A DNA stretch of 64,000 bases from a virus: positions 1-64,000 of the IMG/VR virus record IMGVR_UViG_3300044733_003647; one strand, 5' to 3'. How positions within the stretch are numbered: position 1 is the first letter of the stretch; each line of letters starts with the position of its first letter. The notes under the pieces are model-generated. The model saw only the letters and a list, made by a program, of their open reading frames with translations, had not been told where the DNA came from and ran no database searches. Below, in pieces: positions 17,298 through 27,047 of this stretch. Position numbers and translations under genes: made by a program.

Positions 17298-17539
17298 AAA
17301 ATCGTTATGGTGATGAATACGGCTTTCGTAAACTGACCGATAACACTTACACCATCGAAGGTGATTTGAAGCATTGGCGTTTCGGTGGTCGAGAAGGTCA
17401 ACAACAAATGGATATGTCTGACCTTGGTTATGTTGACCCAAGCGGCGGCCCGTTTATCTCAATTGATTATCCGATTGATGGTCGCCTGGTCAAACGCATC
17501 GGCCTGGTTGAGGGAAAAATTGTTTTTGAGGTTGAATGA
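17294..17539 (+). CDS. Hypothetical protein
   Basis: NRYGD..VDPSGGPFI. Confidence 0.65.
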   Translation: MKNRYGDEYGFRKLTDNTYTIEGDLKHWRFGGREGQQQMDMSDLGYVDPSGGPFISIDYPIDGRLVKRIGLVEGKIVFEVE

Positions 17540-17823
17540 TGATAAAAGTTGTAATTAACAGAGATTTTGGTGGCTTTGGGTTGTCTGATGATGCTGAAGC
17601 ACTATACAAAGAACGCAAAGCTATCACCGACCCAGATTGGTGGTATAGAGATATTCTCCGTGATGACCCGGTTCTTGTTCAAATTGTAGAAGATATGGGC
17701 ACCAAAGCTGATGGCACTTTTGCTGCATTAAAAGTTGTGGAAGTTCCTGATGATGCTGATTGGTACATCGAAGAATATGACGGATCAGAATGGGTAGCAG
17801 AGAGACACCGTACTTGGAGATAA
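17536..17823 (+). CDS. Conserved phage hypothetical protein
   Basis: VVIN..FGGFGLS..RDDP.LV.IVE..EYDG.EW. Confidence 0.75.
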   Translation: MMIKVVINRDFGGFGLSDDAEALYKERKAITDPDWWYRDILRDDPVLVQIVEDMGTKADGTFAALKVVEVPDDADWYIEEYDGSEWVAERHRTWR

Positions 17824-18313
17824 AATGGCAACCTTTAGTCTTTTCATTTCTATATTGTGTGCAGTTGTATCCAAACAGGCATTTGAAAACGGTCTAAATG
17901 GATCCGGTTGGATGAATTTGGTATTCTCTGCTGTAAATATGGCAGTCTTTCTTGATGCCACATTTTAACGGCTTGCCAAGACAAAACAATTCCTATAGAA
18001 TCGCGGTGTAGCCCCTTTGAGAATATATTATGAATGATAAAACCACCATCTTAGATAACATCCTATTCTTTGTATTGATTACATTGTTTGTTGTCTCCAC
18101 AGTTGCATTAATCCAATCAGGCATTGTTAGTTTATTTTCTCTTATTGGTTCATGTAAATGAAAAATGATTTTGCCAATTTGATTGTGTTTATTGCATTTA
18201 AAACAATACAATATACCGCTTTATTTCTTGCTGTTATTGTTTTTATATACGGCATCGTTAATACTTTCTTCTTACAATAACACTACGGGTAAAAGTAAGA
18301 CTTTTTACTGATA

Positions 18314-18341
18314 TTGCCTCTTGTCTTGGTTGTGTTATACT
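18314..18341 (+). promoter_or_regulatory. Early promoter
   Basis: TTGCCT-N16-TATACT with TG extension, upstream of the ATPase gene. Confidence 0.65.
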
Positions 18342-18376
18342 CCTCTTATTGATTCAGTAACACAAGGAGTTTTTAT

Positions 18377-19219
18377 ATGCCCCGTGGCGTCCCCAAAGCA
18401 GGTTTCCGTATGACTAAGAATCGTATCGCTTCTGGCGGTGTTCCTACCACCACCAGCGCACCTGTTTCCGCACCTGTAGAGTCCCGCTTCTCTATCAATG
18501 AGCGCTTTGGTTTTGTGTCTGACATGGTGACTATGCTCGCACGTGGTGACCAGGCGGCCGTTGTTGTCACTGGTCCTGGTGGTCTTGGTAAGTCTTTCAC
18601 CGTCACCAAGGCATTGGCTGACATTGGCATGACCGATGTTTCCCTGGTCGATGATTTTGCTGTTGGTTCTACTCTTAACACCAAGAAGTCTTTCCGTGTT
18701 ATCAAAGGTTACTCTACACCTAAAGGCCTGTACCGTACCCTTTATGAGAATCGCGAAGGCGTGATTGTGTTTGATGATTGCGATTCGGTTCTCAAAGATC
18801 CGACCTCTCTTAACCTTCTTAAAGGTGCTCTTGATTCTTATTCGCGCCGTATTATCTCTTGGCGTGCTGATATGCGTGATGAAGAGCTGCCTACGTCCTT
18901 TGAATTCAAAGGTCGCGTGGTGTTTATCTCTAACCTGTCGTCCACACAAATCGATCAGGCGATTATCACCCGTTCTATGGCGGTTGACTTGACTATGACA
19001 AATGATCAGAAGGTCGAGCGTATGCGCCACCTGTTGGACTCTGGTGAGTTTATGCCTGAGTTTGACATGGCACACAAGGTTGACGCAATGAATCTTATCG
19101 ATTCTCTCAAAGATACTGTCAAAGAGCTGTCGCTTCGCACACTCATTCAGGTAACAAAAATTCGCAAGAGTGCAGGTGCCAACTGGCGCAATCTTGCTGA
19201 GTACACCATCTGCGGTTAA
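18377..19219 (+). CDS. AAA-family ATPase
   Basis: Walker A GPGGLGKS, Walker B IVFDDCD, FISN and SR. Confidence 0.85.
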   Translation: MPRGVPKAGFRMTKNRIASGGVPTTTSAPVSAPVESRFSINERFGFVSDMVTMLARGDQAAVVVTGPGGLGKSFTVTKALADIGMTDVSLVDDFAVGSTLNTKKSFRVIKGYSTPKGLYRTLYENREGVIVFDDCDSVLKDPTSLNLLKGALDSYSRRIISWRADMRDEELPTSFEFKGRVVFISNLSSTQIDQAIITRSMAVDLTMTNDQKVERMRHLLDSGEFMPEFDMAHKVDAMNLIDSLKDTVKELSLRTLIQVTKIRKSAGANWRNLAEYTICG

Positions 19220-19233
19220 TTAAGGAGAATATT

Positions 19234-19710
19234 ATGGCTTCGAAAGTTCTTGTTAAGAAGGTAAAAGGTTTTGATGGTTATTTTGTCACCTCTGAAGGTG
19301 AGATCATTTCCAAAAAACGTGGTAAAGAAATTGTACTCAAGGCCACAAACACCAATGGGTATGATAAGATTGGTATGAAAAGTGATGATGGTATAACCAA
19401 GACATTTCAGGTGCACCGTGTTGTCGCTCTTAACTTCTTGAAGAAACCAAAAGGTTGTGACATTGTAAACCACATTGATGGCAATAAGCTGAACAACCGG
19501 TTGGCCAATCTGGAATGGACGACACGCAGCCAAAATGCTCAGCACTATGAAAAGAAGATTAAACCGAAATATGTTGCTAATCGAAAAGAAAAGAAACATG
19601 ATGATGTTGTGACTCGACTAAGTATTATTAAACATGCACAATCGGCCTGCACCAATAATCCACAATTGTTTAACTCCATTGTGTCGGCTGCACTAGATGG
19701 TTTGAGTTGA
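19234..19710 (+). CDS. HNH endonuclease with NUMOD4-like N-terminus
   Basis: Y.VTSEG.I, VHRVVA.NF and VNHIDGNKLNN...NLEW. Confidence 0.85.
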   Translation: MASKVLVKKVKGFDGYFVTSEGEIISKKRGKEIVLKATNTNGYDKIGMKSDDGITKTFQVHRVVALNFLKKPKGCDIVNHIDGNKLNNRLANLEWTTRSQNAQHYEKKIKPKYVANRKEKKHDDVVTRLSIIKHAQSACTNNPQLFNSIVSAALDGLS

Positions 19711-19711
19711 T

Positions 19712-19945
19712 ATGTTCAAATCACTATTACACAGTCGACCATATGCAACATTCGATGCACACAATAAGAACCATCGAATGGAGTATTTTAAGTTCTTGCA
19801 AACAAACACTTGGTCGAATTGTCCCGTACAGTTTATGGTCGAGGCGCCATACACCGAATTGCCGCATGAGATAAACAATAAATTGGTGCGATACTATTTC
19901 AATAAAGAATTTATTAAAAAGGATAAGAAAAATGGAAATCTTTGA
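19712..19945 (+). CDS. Hypothetical protein
   Basis: FDA.NK.HR..F....W..CP. Confidence 0.65.
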   Translation: MFKSLLHSRPYATFDAHNKNHRMEYFKFLQTNTWSNCPVQFMVEAPYTELPHEINNKLVRYYFNKEFIKKDKKNGNL

Positions 19946-20408
19946 TGATGGTTCGGGTATGAGTGTCAACTACGAAAATTTGATCAATTCAAGGGAGTAT
20001 CTGGCGGTGACACGTAAACTTGCCAGCGATTTGATGAAGAAACCCTACATGACTGTAGAACAATTTATCAAAAGTCTTTCTAATGGTGACATTAGTCAAC
20101 TGCTTGAAATATCGGTAGATGATGACGATGAAGATGCGGATCCTTTTGATAGTATTGCTGAAACGGAAAAGAATTTGGGTGACCTTGTTCTAATTGCAGA
20201 GATGTTGGCTGTTGCTGAGGGACTTCCAAATTCTGATAGTTATGACATGGTGCAAAACAGGGTTAGCCAATTGATTGCATTTCTTGCAGTAGAATCATTG
20301 GCAAGGAAAGGTCTAGTCAAATCCCATCCACACAATATGTCTTTTGGTGAAGAGATGGCGAAGAAAATTATTGCAGAAAGGATTGATGATGAGTCAGACG
20401 ATTATTAA
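19932..20408 (+). CDS. Hypothetical acidic protein
   Basis: ORF track. Confidence 0.7.
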   Translation: MEIFDDGSGMSVNYENLINSREYLAVTRKLASDLMKKPYMTVEQFIKSLSNGDISQLLEISVDDDDEDADPFDSIAETEKNLGDLVLIAEMLAVAEGLPNSDSYDMVQNRVSQLIAFLAVESLARKGLVKSHPHNMSFGEEMAKKIIAERIDDESDDY

Positions 20409-20640
20409 GAGTGATGTTAACAAGATGCTTTATGGCATTCTTGGCAATATGAATTCGGTCGAAAGTTGGTGGCACTCCGAGAATATCAACTTTAATTTGT
20501 ATACACCCGAAGATATCTACCATTCTGGTGACGCAGGACGTAAGCTCGTGTATGATCTTGTAAGTATTCACGTAAACAAAGATGTTGATCATACAGTGTT
20601 CGAACAAAACGTTAAAGCATTTTTTAAAGGTAAGAAATGA
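20386..20640 (+). CDS. Xre/MbcA/ParS antitoxin C-terminal-like domain protein
   Basis: LG....V..WW.S.N..F...TP..I....G...V pattern. Confidence 0.5.
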   Translation: MMSQTIIKSDVNKMLYGILGNMNSVESWWHSENINFNLYTPEDIYHSGDAGRKLVYDLVSIHVNKDVDHTVFEQNVKAFFKGKK

Positions 20641-20809
20641 AATATGTTACGTATCTAATCTATATTTTGCTGTTCGAAACACTGGTTCTTGGCGGCATAG
20701 GTTATGCGGTGTTCGTGTTGGATCACAGTGGATGGTGGATGTTACTTGCAGTTTTTTTGGCGTGTTCGGCATATTCACCAACAAAGTGGATTCATGGTGG
20801 TGAATAGTG

Positions 20810-20861
20810 TGTTGTAAACTTGCAACAAAATACTTGCCATCCAGACCTATTCTGTTATAAT
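20810..20861 (+). promoter_or_regulatory. Early promoter with TGTTG-N8-CAACA palindrome
   Basis: TGTTG(20810)-N8-CAACA, 6 nt, TTGCCA(20834)-N16-TATAAT(20856). Confidence 0.8.
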
Positions 20862-20889
20862 GGTATTTCAGTTGATGGGGAAGGTGTTT

Positions 20890-21159
20890 ATGATTTCTGA
20901 ATATTCTCTCAAGATTTTCGAATACGATGGTAAAAGAAAACTACTAAAAACCAGTTCTAATAATACTGGTCGTATACCCAGTGAACTCATTATAAGAAGT
21001 CATATCACTGGCGTAAGAATTCATTTCAAACCCATCAAACCAGATCATCCATGGTTCGATCAAGACCAATGGGATGGTGAACAAATGATCTATGAACCTG
21101 TTCCCGAACACGCACATTTGTGCCGTACTGTTGAAACCCTTGTTATTTACAATTGTTAA
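20890..21159 (+). CDS. Hypothetical protein
   Basis: I.SH.TG...F..DQDQWDGEQMIY. Confidence 0.65.
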   Translation: MISEYSLKIFEYDGKRKLLKTSSNNTGRIPSELIIRSHITGVRIHFKPIKPDHPWFDQDQWDGEQMIYEPVPEHAHLCRTVETLVIYNC

Positions 21160-21161
21160 TT

Positions 21162-21380
21162 ATGCGATTCAAATTAAAAAAGAAAGAATATAAGATAGGC
21201 GATCTTAAATCGTTTGCCAAATTTGCTTGGTATCCTATCAAAGTCGAAGACCATATTGTTTGGTTGGAAAATTACAACTCAATGTGTGAACGTAAAACTT
21301 ATACAAAGAATTTTACTTTTGAACAGGTTGAAAAGTGGGTCGAATATGACCGTAGGCTTCGTGATAGTTATTCTGTCTAA
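21162..21380 (+). CDS. Hypothetical protein
   Basis: KFAWYP....VWLE motif. Confidence 0.6.
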   Translation: MRFKLKKKEYKIGDLKSFAKFAWYPIKVEDHIVWLENYNSMCERKTYTKNFTFEQVEKWVEYDRRLRDSYSV

Positions 21381-21389
21381 GGATTGAAT

Positions 21390-21638
21390 ATGAGTTTTGA
21401 AAAAGACCGAGTGAAACGTAACAAACGCATTCAAACCAAAGAGAATGCAATTAAGAGACAGGCTAAGATTGCTAAGAGCAATGGGCTTGACGTAAAACAA
21501 ACTCACAGGTTTGTCAAACATCATGCAATGGACTGTGGTAATCCTAAGTGTATGTTGTGTGGTAATCCTAGGAAACTATATAAAGAACCTACTATTCAAG
21601 AAGAATCTTTTAAACAAACGGAATCCTGGGATGATTGA
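21390..21638 (+). CDS. Hypothetical protein with CxxxxCxxCxNPR motif
   Basis: DCGNPKCMLCGNPRK..TIQE. Confidence 0.7.
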   Translation: MSFEKDRVKRNKRIQTKENAIKRQAKIAKSNGLDVKQTHRFVKHHAMDCGNPKCMLCGNPRKLYKEPTIQEESFKQTESWDD

Positions 21639-21641
21639 TGC

Positions 21642-21670
21642 TTGCCAACCACATTAGATTGATATATAAT
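21642..21670 (+). promoter_or_regulatory. Early promoter
   Basis: TTGCCA-N17-TATAAT. Confidence 0.7.
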
Positions 21671-21701
21671 CAGTACACCTTTTAATCATGGAGTTTTTTG
21701 A

Positions 21702-22850
21702 ATGAGTTTCAACAAAAATCAAATGGCTTTTATCAAAGCCGCAGAGAACATTTTCGGTGTTGGTTCAATTCTGACACGTGACGGCATCCAACACGTTGTC
21801 AATGAATCTGGTGCTCCTTTTCCCTATTGGTTGGTGACAAAATCGGAGTTCCGTTATGATCGTGGTCGCTATCAACTTCCCGATATCGGTAGCAAACCTA
21901 AAGCAAAAGAGGTTCAACCTGAACCTGAGGCTGAGATGGCTCTTGCTGCACAGGTTCTTACTTTTAAACAACCTAAACTGATTGATGACTCTGATGTTTC
22001 CATTCCCTCAAAGTATCCTGACTATGTTCCGTTTGGCTTCTTTAAAGACATGCGTAACATTATTAAGTCTTCACAATTCTATCCTATCTTTGTTACCGGT
22101 CTTTCTGGTAATGGTAAAACGTTGATGGTCGAGCAAGTGTGTGCCGATCTGAAGCGTGAGTGTATTCGTGTTAACATTTCGATTGAAACTGATGAATCTG
22201 ATCTTCTTGGTGGTCCTACCCTTGTTAATGGTAATATTGTTAACCGTGATGGTCCTGTCATCACCGCAATGAAGCGTGGTGCAGTGCTGTTGATTGACGA
22301 AGTTGACCGTGGTTCCAATAAACTGATGTGTCTGCAAGGTATTCTTGAAGGCAAACCTTACTACAACAAGAAGAACGGCGAGATGGTTTATCCTGCTGAT
22401 GGTTTCAACATCGTTGCTACTGCAAACACCAAAGGTCGTGGTTCAGAAGAAGGTCGTTACCTGTCGCAGATTCTTGACGATGCATTCCTTGAGCGTTTCC
22501 CTATCACTGTTGAACAGGATTATCCTGACGCCAAGACCGAGAAGAAAATTCTTACGCCTCTTATTGAAGACAAAGACTTTGTTGATAACCTTGTGCAATG
22601 GGCCGATGTTGTTCGACAATCGTTTAATCAAGGTGCTGTTGACGAAATCATTTCGACTCGCCGCCTTGTTCATATTGCCAAAGCATTCAAAATCTTTGGT
22701 GATCGTATGAAAGCAATTGAATTGTGTGTCAGCCGTTTTGATGCTGAAACCAAGACGGCTTTCTTAGACCTGTATTCTAAAGTTGATGCCAAAGTTGAGG
22801 CACCTACTCAGAATACTGCACCCACCACAACGGAAGAAATCCCGTTTTAA
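21702..22850 (+). CDS. cobS: CobS-like (MoxR-type) AAA+ ATPase
   Basis: GLSGNGKT, LLIDEVD, ATANTKG.G, AFLERF and ISTRRLVHI. Confidence 0.9.
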   Translation: MSFNKNQMAFIKAAENIFGVGSILTRDGIQHVVNESGAPFPYWLVTKSEFRYDRGRYQLPDIGSKPKAKEVQPEPEAEMALAAQVLTFKQPKLIDDSDVSIPSKYPDYVPFGFFKDMRNIIKSSQFYPIFVTGLSGNGKTLMVEQVCADLKRECIRVNISIETDESDLLGGPTLVNGNIVNRDGPVITAMKRGAVLLIDEVDRGSNKLMCLQGILEGKPYYNKKNGEMVYPADGFNIVATANTKGRGSEEGRYLSQILDDAFLERFPITVEQDYPDAKTEKKILTPLIEDKDFVDNLVQWADVVRQSFNQGAVDEIISTRRLVHIAKAFKIFGDRMKAIELCVSRFDAETKTAFLDLYSKVDAKVEAPTQNTAPTTTEEIPF

Positions 22851-22880
22851 TTTGTAATGTTAACTTGAAAAGGAAATTAT

Positions 22881-23207
22881 ATGACTAACACCGTTCGCAA
22901 AGGCAAACAAAATCGCCATGAGAAAATCACCGTCACTCTGCTGTCTGGCAAACCTGTGACGCCTGATGAAATCAAAGCCGTGTTCAAAGACACAGATCAA
23001 GAATCGGTTCTTTACCGACTGCCGACCAACATCTATAACATCCGCAAGGATGGCGGCATCATCAAGGTGCATAAGAGTGGTCGAAACGTAACCGCATATC
23101 AGCTTGTCAATTACACCGAGTTTGATGCGAAAGGTCGTTATGTTGGTGTCACCACGGCAAGCCCTAGCGCACCTGTGCAAGAACAAGAATCTGTTACCAA
23201 TGAATGA
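22881..23207 (+). CDS. Hypothetical protein, possible wHTH DNA-binding
   Basis: LLSGKPVTPDEIK..YRLPTNIYNIRK.GG. Confidence 0.65.
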   Translation: MTNTVRKGKQNRHEKITVTLLSGKPVTPDEIKAVFKDTDQESVLYRLPTNIYNIRKDGGIIKVHKSGRNVTAYQLVNYTEFDAKGRYVGVTTASPSAPVQEQESVTNE

Positions 23208-23421
23208 TTGGGATAGAGACAATCTAAATTTTCTTCTAACAATTAGTTCAGAAACTTTTGAAGACTGGCTTGAACAAGCCGATGAAGATGATATTGATTA
23301 TGCAATTGAACTCTTACGTGCTGCAAAGTCTGAACTAATTATTGAACAGATGGAAGTTTTAGACATGGTGCAGGACACTTCTACAGCAAATAATTTTATT
23401 GAACAAATAAGGAAAAAATGA
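23200..23421 (+). CDS. Hypothetical acidic protein
   Basis: DRDNLNFLL..W...D.DD..YA.EL. Confidence 0.65.
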   Translation: MNDWDRDNLNFLLTISSETFEDWLEQADEDDIDYAIELLRAAKSELIIEQMEVLDMVQDTSTANNFIEQIRKK

Positions 23422-24320
23422 AAGTCACAATCTGTTCCGATCTTCACCTAGAATTCGGCACCATCTCACTAGAGAACACCGAAAACGCGGATGTTTTGAT
23501 CCTGTCCGGTGATATCTGTGTCGTAAATGATTTGCGTGAATGTGATAGTTACAATATCCGAGGTGAAAATGATAAGTCCAATAAAATTCATACATTCTTC
23601 CAAGAATGCTGTGCAAGATTCCCTAATGTTATTTACATCTTGGGAAACCATGAACATTATCATGGTGATTTTGCTAAGTCTTTTACAGTTCTCCGTACCT
23701 GTCTTGGTTATCTACGCAATCTTCACATTCTAGAAAAAGAATTTGTAGAAATTGATGATCACATGTTCTTTGGTGCAACTTTGTGGACAGATATGAACAA
23801 GGAAGATACCAATACCTTGTATCGTATTAAAAGTTACATGAACGATTATCGTATCATCAAAGACAGTACGGAAAAAGTTTCATACAAAGTTCCTGAGTAT
23901 GAAATGCTTGAAGATGGCACCTATGATTATCAGAAACTAATCGGTGTAACATTCAAAGAACGCGAAGCACATTTCACACCTGAAAAGTCGGTGTCTGAAC
24001 ACAAAGAAACTCTGCGCCTTCTGAAGGAGAACATTGCTTCTAAACCTGATGCGAAGTGGATTGTTGTTGGGCACCATGCGCCTAGCAAACTGTCTACCAA
24101 GCCTCAGTATGAGAATGATGTGATTGTGAATGGTGCATACAGTTCTGATTTGAGTGAATTCATTCTGGATCATCCTCAGATCAAGTTGTGGACTCATGGG
24201 CATACGCACCATGATTTTGACTACATGATTGGTGGCACGCGAGTAGTTGCCAATCCTCGTGGTTACATTGGCTATGAAGAACAAGCCGATATCTTTAATT
24301 TAAAATTTGTTGAGGTTTAA
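23418..24320 (+). CDS. Metallophosphoesterase (calcineurin-like)
   Basis: SDLHLE, GDI, GNHE, HHAP, HGHTH and NPRGY. Confidence 0.9.
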   Translation: MKVTICSDLHLEFGTISLENTENADVLILSGDICVVNDLRECDSYNIRGENDKSNKIHTFFQECCARFPNVIYILGNHEHYHGDFAKSFTVLRTCLGYLRNLHILEKEFVEIDDHMFFGATLWTDMNKEDTNTLYRIKSYMNDYRIIKDSTEKVSYKVPEYEMLEDGTYDYQKLIGVTFKEREAHFTPEKSVSEHKETLRLLKENIASKPDAKWIVVGHHAPSKLSTKPQYENDVIVNGAYSSDLSEFILDHPQIKLWTHGHTHHDFDYMIGGTRVVANPRGYIGYEEQADIFNLKFVEV

Positions 24321-24321
24321 A

Positions 24322-24636
24322 ATGGAAAAGAAACTCTATCTCGTTGAAACTATATCTTTCTTCCGCCAACGTTATGTTATCGAAGCACTTGAGGCTTCTC
24401 ATGCGGAAGATGAGGTTGTTATGACTATGCATGATGGTTCAATCACTGAGTTTTCACAGAAACATATTGATGAGAACATCACTTCTACTCGCGAAATTTC
24501 TGTAGATGAATATTTGAAACTATTTGATCAGGACAATGACTACCTAAGTAGTTGGAGTGTCTCTCAAAAAATGCAATCAATCAACACAATTAAATATGAT
24601 GATGAAAAAGATGAAAAAAATTCTAATCACTGGTAG
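24322..24636 (+). CDS. Hypothetical protein
   Basis: YLVET.S.FR.RYV..EFSQKH..E. Confidence 0.7.
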   Translation: MEKKLYLVETISFFRQRYVIEALEASHAEDEVVMTMHDGSITEFSQKHIDENITSTREISVDEYLKLFDQDNDYLSSWSVSQKMQSINTIKYDDEKDEKNSNHW

Positions 24637-25441
24637 TTCGGGATACATCGGCAGGCATCTTGCCGATCTTTTGAAAAATGACTTTGTTGTTGGGCTAGAT
24701 AAAGTGTTTAGACCACAAATGACAGAGAAGTTTATTCAACAAGACATTAATGATCACAAACGCATTTGGCATCCAGATGGTGGTTATGATGTTGTTGTTC
24801 ATTTGGCTGCACATGTCAATGTTGGCAAATCTGTAATTGCTCCAATGCAATATTATCGAAACAACATTGGCGGCACAATGTCGATGCTTGAAAATGTTGA
24901 TTATGATCATTTCATCTTTGCATCTACTGGTGCCGCAGCCAATCCAACTAGCCCTTATGCAACCTCAAAGTTGGCTGCTGAAAGTCTTGTCAGAGAGTTT
25001 TGTGGATTGAATGGTAAAAAGGCTACAATCTTTCGTTTTTATAATGTTGTTGGTTCTTCTGGCTATGAACCAACGAATGTTGATGGTTTAATGTATAACT
25101 TGATGAAAGCGAGGCGAACCGGTGAGTTTAATTTATTCGGTACTGACTACGATACACCTGATGGCACCTGTATTCGTGACTATGTACACATACTTGAAGT
25201 ATGTGAAGCCATCAGAAACGCTATTGAACAACCTGTTGCAAGACACGAATTGGAAAACTTAGGATCAGGCATAGGTTACACAGTCAAGCAAATGATCGAA
25301 ACTTTTAAAATAGTTAACGAATGTGATTTCAAAGTAAATTATTTGCCGCGCAGAGAAGGTGATCTGGCCAAATCCGTACTCAATGGCGTTTCACCATACA
25401 TGCAAGTGAAATACACAATTGATGAAATGATGAAGGTTTAA
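24611..25441 (+). CDS. galE: NAD-dependent epimerase (UDP-glucose 4-epimerase-like)
   Basis: GSSGYIG, HLAA, YATSK, DGTCIRDYVH and RREGD. Confidence 0.85.
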   Translation: MKKILITGSSGYIGRHLADLLKNDFVVGLDKVFRPQMTEKFIQQDINDHKRIWHPDGGYDVVVHLAAHVNVGKSVIAPMQYYRNNIGGTMSMLENVDYDHFIFASTGAAANPTSPYATSKLAAESLVREFCGLNGKKATIFRFYNVVGSSGYEPTNVDGLMYNLMKARRTGEFNLFGTDYDTPDGTCIRDYVHILEVCEAIRNAIEQPVARHELENLGSGIGYTVKQMIETFKIVNECDFKVNYLPRREGDLAKSVLNGVSPYMQVKYTIDEMMKV

Positions 25442-25443
25442 AA

Positions 25444-26112
25444 ATGAAAGTATACATCTCCAAATATCGCAATCATTGGATTTCTCCTTACACGATTTTG
25501 GAGAAGGTATTCTTTTGGCGTGAGATCGATTATGATGAACCGCTGATTAACAAGTTGTCCAATATTCTAACTCCTTTCAGTTTTGGTCTACAAAAGGTTT
25601 TAGATTTTGTTCATCCCGAAATTAAATATGTGAAAATTGATCATTACGATACGTGGAGCATGGACTACACGCTGTCGCCTATTATTCTTCCTATGTTAAA
25701 ACAACTGAAGGCAACAAAACAAGGTTCTGGTTATATTGACCTTGAAGATGTGCCGGAGAACCTGCGTTACACGACCACAGAAGATTATGATGCACAAGAA
25801 ACATTTGATTTCTACAAAGATGAACGCACAAAGAAAATTGAATGTGACATTCATGTTCGTTATGATTGGGCATTGAGTGAAATGATTTGGGCTTTCGAAC
25901 AACTGGTTGATGAAGATTGGGAAGGTCAATATTGGATCAAATCACCAGAGATTGATTTCACCAAGCATGCCGAAGATGAAGGTAAAGAGGTCACACCAGT
26001 TCGTTGGAAAGTTCATGGTGAATGTGACTGGGAAGGTCGCAACAAACACCAAGAACGAATCAACAACGGACTGAGACTATTTGGTAAATATTACCAAACT
26101 TTGTGGGATTAA
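25444..26112 (+). CDS. Conserved T4-like hypothetical protein
   Basis: DTWSMD.TL..II.PML.QL..EMIWAFE..GLRLFGKYY..LWD. Confidence 0.75.
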   Translation: MKVYISKYRNHWISPYTILEKVFFWREIDYDEPLINKLSNILTPFSFGLQKVLDFVHPEIKYVKIDHYDTWSMDYTLSPIILPMLKQLKATKQGSGYIDLEDVPENLRYTTTEDYDAQETFDFYKDERTKKIECDIHVRYDWALSEMIWAFEQLVDEDWEGQYWIKSPEIDFTKHAEDEGKEVTPVRWKVHGECDWEGRNKHQERINNGLRLFGKYYQTLWD

Positions 26113-26123
26113 TGGAGTGAATA

Positions 26124-26516
26124 ATGGACGAAGAATCAAGAAATAAATTGATAGATAGATTGAGTGATGATTTGAGAGAAACCTCAAATTTTTATATGGA
26201 AGCAATGAAAGAGATTGAAAAAGAACAAGAGGCATATTGGAATTCTTTGTCTAAGGAAGACCAATTAAAAGCATTTTGTGCGGTGTCGCGCCGTATTCAC
26301 CAGGCCGAATTGATTGACCAAGGTTCTTATCGCCATGCATTGTATGGCGTTTTTGGTTTTGGTCCTGAAGCATATGTGAGGGGTATGGACTGCGGTTATA
26401 TGGCAATTCATAATGCTATTGTGGATGAAAACTATGATGTAAGACTATTGAAAGTATTTTGTGCAAAGTTTAAAATTACGGACAGTGATGAAAAGATTTC
26501 ACAGTTTTTGATTTAA
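26124..26516 (+). CDS. Hypothetical protein, duplicate of 16447-16851
   Basis: MDEESRNKLID..GSYRHALYGVFGFGPE. Confidence 0.75.
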   Translation: MDEESRNKLIDRLSDDLRETSNFYMEAMKEIEKEQEAYWNSLSKEDQLKAFCAVSRRIHQAELIDQGSYRHALYGVFGFGPEAYVRGMDCGYMAIHNAIVDENYDVRLLKVFCAKFKITDSDEKISQFLI

Positions 26517-26525
26517 GGATTTATT

Positions 26526-27035
26526 ATGAGTAATTATAGAATACATGCAATGAGCGAATTCAGAGCCGCAGGCTGGATTGATGAAGATGGTAAATACATC
26601 GATGAAATGCAAGAGGCTATTTGCCTTCATATTTTAAAACTGTTGGATGTATTTGGTGATGAAGGTCATTCTGGTACAACTGCACCGTACACGATTAATC
26701 TATTCAGTAAACTAGCAGCATTCGAACCTGTTGTACCGATTACTGGTGAAGATTGGGAATGGGTTGATCATGGAGAATGTATGCAAAACAAACGATGTGG
26801 TCATGTATTCAAACAGACCAACAGGTTTAATGGCCAGGCATATGATATTGATGGTAAAATCTTCTGGGAATGGTACAAAGATGAAGACGGAAAACCATTT
26901 AAATCATATTATACTGGTGCCGAATCACAGGTACCAATTACTTTCCCATATGTACCAAAGCGTGAGTATGTTTTTGTGCCGACTGAAGAATTTCCTAATG
27001 AAGTACTAGAGGTTGCCAACCAACCAGAATCGTGA
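26526..27035 (+). CDS. Conserved phage hypothetical protein
   Basis: EGHSG, PITGEDWEW, QNKRC..VFK and AYDIDG. Confidence 0.75.
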   Translation: MSNYRIHAMSEFRAAGWIDEDGKYIDEMQEAICLHILKLLDVFGDEGHSGTTAPYTINLFSKLAAFEPVVPITGEDWEWVDHGECMQNKRCGHVFKQTNRFNGQAYDIDGKIFWEWYKDEDGKPFKSYYTGAESQVPITFPYVPKREYVFVPTEEFPNEVLEVANQPES

Positions 27036-27047
27036 CATAATATTACT

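Noticed and set aside
18335-19075. 246-aa minus-strand ORF
   Set aside because: It is the antisense shadow of the AAA ATPase gene.
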